DNA of 49,749 nt from assembly GCA_031381325.1 (NCBI GenBank), contig JANMXV010000743.1, positions 1 to 49,749 of the forward strand. The letters run 5' to 3'. The first letter of the stretch is position 1. Each line of letters begins with the position of its first letter. Under the pieces are notes generated by a model. That model searched no databases, was not told the DNA's origin, and saw nothing but the letters and a program-made list of their open reading frames with translations. This DNA comes from Betaproteobacteria bacterium. Lineage in GTDB: Bacteria; Pseudomonadota; Gammaproteobacteria; Burkholderiales; SG8-41. A program made the position numbers and the translations under genes. This document shows, one piece after another, positions 45,576 to 49,749 of the stretch.

Positions 45576-46667
45576 TTATTGCGGCGATGGCGCATGCAGG
45601 TCGGTCGTTTCTGCAGGCGCTGGCTGTGCAGCCAGGGCCACCGAGGTATCGATTTCGCCGGTTGATCTGCCGCTATTCTGCGCGATTGACGGGATCGCGT
45701 CTGAAGGAATGTCCGTCGCAACGGCTGCGGTGCATTCTGCGGTAGCGACGGTCGGCCCAGCCGCTGTTGCTGCCGGTGACGCCGCCGTAGCAGCTGCAGT
45801 GCACTCTGCCGTAACGGCGGTCTGGACAGGGGTGGGCGCTTGCGCGACCTTGGGAGATGCCGGGCCATCAGCCGCTGGTTTCACAATAAATGCCACGGAT
45901 TCCTGCAGTTCGCGGACCCATTTCGTCGTCGGCGACTGCGCACATTCCTGCGCGATGCCCGCGATGACTGTCTGAGGGTTATAACCCATCGGCGCGATGA
46001 GGCGCATGGCAATGACGTCGGCTTCCTGGCGCTGCGTCGGCCAGTAGGATTCAAGAATCGCGCGCGAACTCGCGTACGACGCCGCGCTGGTTACAGAGCT
46101 CGCAGCGAAGGCGCTGCTCGAACCGGAGTACAAAATCGCCAGCAGTTTAGCCACGTTGACAACCGGTGCGAGCGCCATGGTCACCACCGATATCGCCAGA
46201 CTGGTTGCCGTGTTGCGCTCGTGATGCTGCGATACGACGTGGCCGATTTCACGCGCAATCACAAAGGACAGCGCCTCGTCCGTCAAGGCGATTGCGCCCA
46301 CAGGCCGCAGCACGACGATAAGGCCGCCGGCAGCCGACGCGGTGCCCGCCTCCGTTTTATCGGCGACAATAAAGGTGAACTGCGGTATGCGCTCTTTGAG
46401 TTCCGGATAGCTGAGATAGGCCGCATCGGCGAGCCGGGCGCCTAACTGTGCGACGCGCTTATCGAACGCCGCGCGCCTGTCGCATTCCGACCCGGAGCAG
46501 CTACCCTGCTCGTGGGGCGTGATCGCCAGCATGATTTCCATGTTGGCGCGCGTATAGAGGTCGCTCAATCCCGTTGGCGCCAGGAATAACGAGCCGTCTC
46601 CGGATCCGGTCGATGCGCAGCCGCCCAAAGCAGCACAAGCGATCAGCAAGGTTAGTAAACGGTGCAT
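45576..46667 (-). CDS. M48-like lipoprotein with degenerate metal site (RExxH) and a Thr/Ala-rich repeat tail
   Basis: ATG at 46667. It has a lipobox (LIACAALGGCAS). FVIAREIGHVVSQHHE sits where M48 peptidases have HExxH. QEADVIAMRLIAPMGYNP matches the downstream Glu region. The tail carries two TAECTAA repeats. Confidence 0.75.
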   Translation of the reverse strand: MHRLLTLLIACAALGGCASTGSGDGSLFLAPTGLSDLYTRANMEIMLAITPHEQGSCSGSECDRRAAFDKRVAQLGARLADAAYLSYPELKERIPQFTFIVADKTEAGTASAAGGLIVVLRPVGAIALTDEALSFVIAREIGHVVSQHHERNTATSLAISVVTMALAPVVNVAKLLAILYSGSSSAFAASSVTSAASYASSRAILESYWPTQRQEADVIAMRLIAPMGYNPQTVIAGIAQECAQSPTTKWVRELQESVAFIVKPAADGPASPKVAQAPTPVQTAVTAECTAAATAASPAATAAGPTVATAECTAAVATDIPSDAIPSIAQNSGRSTGEIDTSVALAAQPAPAETTDLHAPSPQ

Positions 46668-46767
46668 AGCGTGAAAGCTGTCATAGTCATAGTAGTCAGT
46701 ACGGCTGCAACTTGGGAGGGAGTGCCTGAGCTTTTCAATATACACTTTTTCAGTGCGAGGGTGCCTG

Positions 46768-46796
46768 TGTTCACCAATTGTTCACAGATTGTCCTG
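46768..46796. promoter_or_regulatory. Three 7-bp direct repeats at 11-bp spacing (response-regulator/Pho-box-like)
   Basis: TGTTCAC (46768), TGTTCAC (46779) and TGTCCTG (46790), in the divergent M48-like / SGNH intergenic region. Confidence 0.3.
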
Positions 46797-47017
46797 TGCC
46801 GTAGTGTCGATTGTGCAGCCTGTCGGTGAAAAACTTATCGCGCCGGCGGGGCGGCGAACTGATCTGTGAAAAATAAACCGAAGAAATAATGATTAACATC
46901 ACAACGCGTCAGCGCGATAAGCGTTGCAGGAATATTTCAGCTATTATATTATTAATCAATAAAAACAACAACTTATAAATTTAAGTATTCGTTTAACACA
47001 GCGTTTCCGGAGGCCTT

Positions 47018-47875
47018 ATGGCAAAGCCGCGCGTGGTTAATACTCAGTTTAACGACGAACGCCTTTTTTTTAGCGACTACACCAACCACCTGCTTGCCGA
47101 AGGCGACAGTTGGTACGGGTGGGCGCATCTGAATCTTGTTCCGTCTTCAAACGTTCCCGATCAGCTTGAGTTTCGCGATTCGACGATTATCGTGAACCTG
47201 GCTTACTCGGGTGATGTCATGCGTAACATGAGCGACACGTCCGCTAATTCACTTTTTTACTTTGAGTTGCAGGGCCAGCGTTATCACGCGATTTTGCTCA
47301 GCGGCGGCGGCAACGACCTGATCGATGCGCTCGATGGTACCAACGCCGCCGACGGACAACCCGCCATCGTCGTGCCGCGCGGACGCAAGCGCGCCGGCAT
47401 GGCGGCTTCCTATGTCAACGCCACAGCGCTGCAGGCGCTGACAGACGACGTGCTCGCCGGTTACCGGCGCATCATCGCGCAGCGCGACGCCTCCGACTCG
47501 AACGCGCACACGCCTATCGTGCTGCACACCTACGATTACCCGACCCCGCGCAACGCAAAAGCCACTTTCATGAGTAGTCCTGCCGCAGGGCCGTGGCTAT
47601 TGCCGGCGATGCAATACGCAGCCGTGCCCGCAAACCTGTATCAGGGCGTAACCGAAATTGTTTTCAACGCGCTCGCCGATGCGCTGATCGACAATCTGCA
47701 TCAGCCGCAAAACGGCGTGCATGTCGTGAACACGCGCAATACGCTCGAGCGGGCCAAGCCGGGGACTACTGGATTGAGCGGCGATTGGATCAATGAAATT
47801 CATCCGGATGCTTACGGCTACGCATTGATAGGCAGGAAAATCTCGGCGCTGCTGGCGACCTTGGGCATCCTGTAA
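47018..47875 (+). CDS. SGNH/GDSL-family hydrolase (no signal peptide)
   Basis: 285-aa ORF with GGAGG upstream. Block I is LLAEGDSW, block III is LLSGGGNDL, and block V is DWINEIHP. Confidence 0.75.
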   Translation: MAKPRVVNTQFNDERLFFSDYTNHLLAEGDSWYGWAHLNLVPSSNVPDQLEFRDSTIIVNLAYSGDVMRNMSDTSANSLFYFELQGQRYHAILLSGGGNDLIDALDGTNAADGQPAIVVPRGRKRAGMAASYVNATALQALTDDVLAGYRRIIAQRDASDSNAHTPIVLHTYDYPTPRNAKATFMSSPAAGPWLLPAMQYAAVPANLYQGVTEIVFNALADALIDNLHQPQNGVHVVNTRNTLERAKPGTTGLSGDWINEIHPDAYGYALIGRKISALLATLGIL

Positions 47876-47897
47876 CCGGCTATTTCAACAAACCATC

Positions 47898-48347
47898 ATG
47901 CGCATACTTGAATCGGAAAACTTCGATGTGATTACGCCTGAACAGCCGCATGTGTCGCGCGCAGATGGCGGGCATTTGATTATCAATCCCAAGGTAGTGG
48001 TGGAGGATCGAACCCATCTCACGCGCGCGCTTGCCGTTGAGTTGATGAAGCTGACCCTGGTCGCGGGAGAAGCCATGAAAACGGTGCTCACGCGAGCGGG
48101 CATTGAAATCGGCAGGATCAATTATCAGGACAACGGCAACTGGCGGCACGAACTTCACGTTCACCTGTATGGACGCGCGCACGGCGCAACCATTCAAACC
48201 TACGGCCACCCGTTGTCGTTCCCGCCAACGCCACAGGCTTTCAAAGAGCAAATGGGCAATCTGCAGCCGCTGAACGCGGGCGATATCGCCGCGCTAAAGG
48301 CGGAGATGGTGCGTTTGCTGGGGACGGAGAAGTATCAGGATTTCTAA
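47898..48347 (+). CDS. HIT-family (histidine triad) protein
   Basis: 149-aa ORF with HVSRADGGHLIINPK and the triad-like HELHVHLYGR. It starts 22 nt downstream of the SGNH gene. Confidence 0.7.
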   Translation: MRILESENFDVITPEQPHVSRADGGHLIINPKVVVEDRTHLTRALAVELMKLTLVAGEAMKTVLTRAGIEIGRINYQDNGNWRHELHVHLYGRAHGATIQTYGHPLSFPPTPQAFKEQMGNLQPLNAGDIAALKAEMVRLLGTEKYQDF

Positions 48348-48356
48348 GACTTCAAC

Positions 48357-48701
48357 TCACTCCGCTTTCGCGCCTGAAGCCTTTACCGCCGCCGCCCATT
48401 TGCTGATTTCGCACGGCATGACTATGGCGAGTTCTTCCGGCGAACCCGCAACCACGTCAACGCCCATTTCGGACAGGCGGCGGGTGATGTCCGGCGTGCG
48501 CAGCGCTTTGCTGAACCCGTCATTAAGCCGCAGCACCACCTCACGCGGCATGTGGGCGGGGCCGAGCAGTGCATACCAGCCGCTGGATTCAAACCCCTTG
48601 ATCGGATCAAAAGACAGTTTGCGAAACAGGCTGGGATTGATCGCATGCGGCGTGGTCGCAATCAGCACGGTGTAACCATCAGAAAAATTAAATAAAAACA
48701 A
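48357..48701 (-). pseudogene. Bug/TctC-family gene remnant (5' truncated and internally deleted)
   Basis: ...DGYTVLIATTPHAINPSLFRKLSFDPIKGF is joined directly to ESSGWYALLGPAHMPREVVLRLNDGFSKALRTPDITRRLSEMGVDVVAGSPEELAIVMPCEISKWAAAVKASGAKAE. The signal peptide, the N-terminal domain and about 150 central residues are missing. Confidence 0.7.
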
Positions 48702-48845
48702 TAAGTTACGAATAATAACAATTTTGCATTACGCTGTCGTGAACAACCTGCATGCGGCGAAGTGCGACTCGCGGATTCATACCGCAGGGTCAATGCGTTT
48801 GTTCGTTACAATCAAGGCGAAACTCAAAAACACGGAGATCACGCA

Positions 48846-49749
48846 ATGTCAGTCATTCTGGGTAGTGGTGAGCATCGTTACGAAGTCATCGACAACTGGG
48901 CGAAGCTGCCCGATGGCTGGGAATTCAAAGACGTAGGCGCGGTCGCCACCGACAGTAAGGATCAGGTCTACGTGTTCAATCGCGGCGAGCACCCGATGAT
49001 GGTGTTCGACCGCGACGGCAATTTTCTGCGCTCGTGGGGCGAGGGCCAGTATCCGCGCGCGCACGGCCTGCACATCGACGTGGACGACACGCTGTATCTC
49101 ACCGACGACGGCGGCCACGTGGTGCGCAAATGCACCATCATGGGCAAAGTACTGCTCGAACTCGGCACGCCCGGCAAACCCACGCCGTACATGAGCGGCG
49201 AGCCGTTTCATCGCTGCACGCACACCGCGTTGTCGCCCAAGGGCGAAATCTATGTCTCCGACGGTTACGGCAATGCCCGGGTGCATAAGTATTCACCGGA
49301 CGGCAAGCTGCTGATGTCGTGGGGCGAGCCGGGCACCGATCCCGGCCAGTTCAACATCGTACACAACATTGTCACCGATGCCGAGGGCTGGGTTTACGTG
49401 GCTGACCGCGAGAACCATCGCGTGCAGGTGTTCAACGGCAACGGCAAATATGAAGCGCAGTGGAACAATATGCATCGCCCCTGCGGCTTGTTCTGTCATC
49501 GCGGCCCGCAACCCGAATTCATAATCGGCGAACTCGGCTCAGGCGCGAGAGTCAATCGCGTGCATCCCAACATCGGGCCGCGCATCAGCATCGTCGACAG
49601 ACACGGCACGCTGATCGCGCGGCTGGGCGGTGAGAATGGCCCCGGCACCGAGACCGGAAAATTCATCGCGCCGCACGGCGTTGCGCTCGATTCGCACGGC
49701 GATATCTATGTAGGCGAAGTGAGCTACACCGACTGGCCGACGACGCATC
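48846..49749 (+). CDS. NHL-repeat beta-propeller protein, paralogue of 44201-45184 (3' end outside the window)
   Basis: Translated by hand; it has no stop in the window, so it is absent from the ORF track. MSVILGSGEHRYEVIDNWAKLPDGWEFKDVGAVATDSKDQVYVFNRGEHPMMVFDRDGNFLRSWGEG...YVSDGYGNARVHKYSPDGKLLMSWGEPGTDPGQF...; GGAG upstream. Confidence 0.85.
   Translation, partial: MSVILGSGEHRYEVIDNWAKLPDGWEFKDVGAVATDSKDQVYVFNRGEHPMMVFDRDGNFLRSWGEGQYPRAHGLHIDVDDTLYLTDDGGHVVRKCTIMGKVLLELGTPGKPTPYMSGEPFHRCTHTALSPKGEIYVSDGYGNARVHKYSPDGKLLMSWGEPGTDPGQFNIVHNIVTDAEGWVYVADRENHRVQVFNGNGKYEAQWNNMHRPCGLFCHRGPQPEFIIGELGSGARVNRVHPNIGPRISIVDRHGTLIARLGGENGPGTETGKFIAPHGVALDSHGDIYVGEVSYTDWPTTH

Overview
GC-rich chromosomal window, probably from a betaproteobacterium. 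The evidence is betaproteobacterial-type RpoA and ribosomal protein sequences plus several Bug/TctC-family genes. All calls come from reading the sequence and the ORF track; no searches were run. Layout: (i) 0.1-9.1 kb holds the spc and alpha ribosomal-protein operons (rplN to rplQ) with secY, rpmJ, rpoA and an infA broken by a single-base frameshift. (ii) 9.2-30.7 kb is mostly housekeeping: glycerate kinase-uvrA, MFS-ssb, ackA, an FmdB-type zinc ribbon, DUF502, aspS-RNase/barstar-nudB, nadA, an EEP phosphoesterase, an Atm1-like ABC exporter, a two-component system, a PBP7-like endopeptidase and an EgtD-like methyltransferase. It also contains a tandem duplication of a small secreted Cys-containing protein gene and a possible sRNA ending in an orphan intrinsic terminator. 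(iii) 30.9-34.3 kb is a small accessory islet: a mobile-element scar, a DUF1778/GNAT (TacAT-like) toxin-antitoxin pair, and a higBA pair bracketed by about 280-bp diverged direct repeats made of the 3' end of an alpha/beta-hydrolase gene. (iv) 34.4-49.7 kb holds DegP, a membrane spermidine-synthase-like protein and a hydrolase/enolase/GST/DoxX/NHL cluster. It also holds three decayed Bug-family pseudogenes and a low-GC insert carrying an SGNH hydrolase and a HIT protein next to an M48-like lipoprotein with a degenerate HExxH motif. Several structured GC-rich intergenic repeat elements are present. I found no rRNA, no intact tRNA, no CRISPR array and no intact transposase or integrase. I also found no convincing complete new multi-gene system. 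The observations most worth follow-up are the repeat-bracketed higBA cassette, the infA frameshift, the SGNH-HIT insert, the orphan terminator/sRNA candidate and the structured nadA leader.
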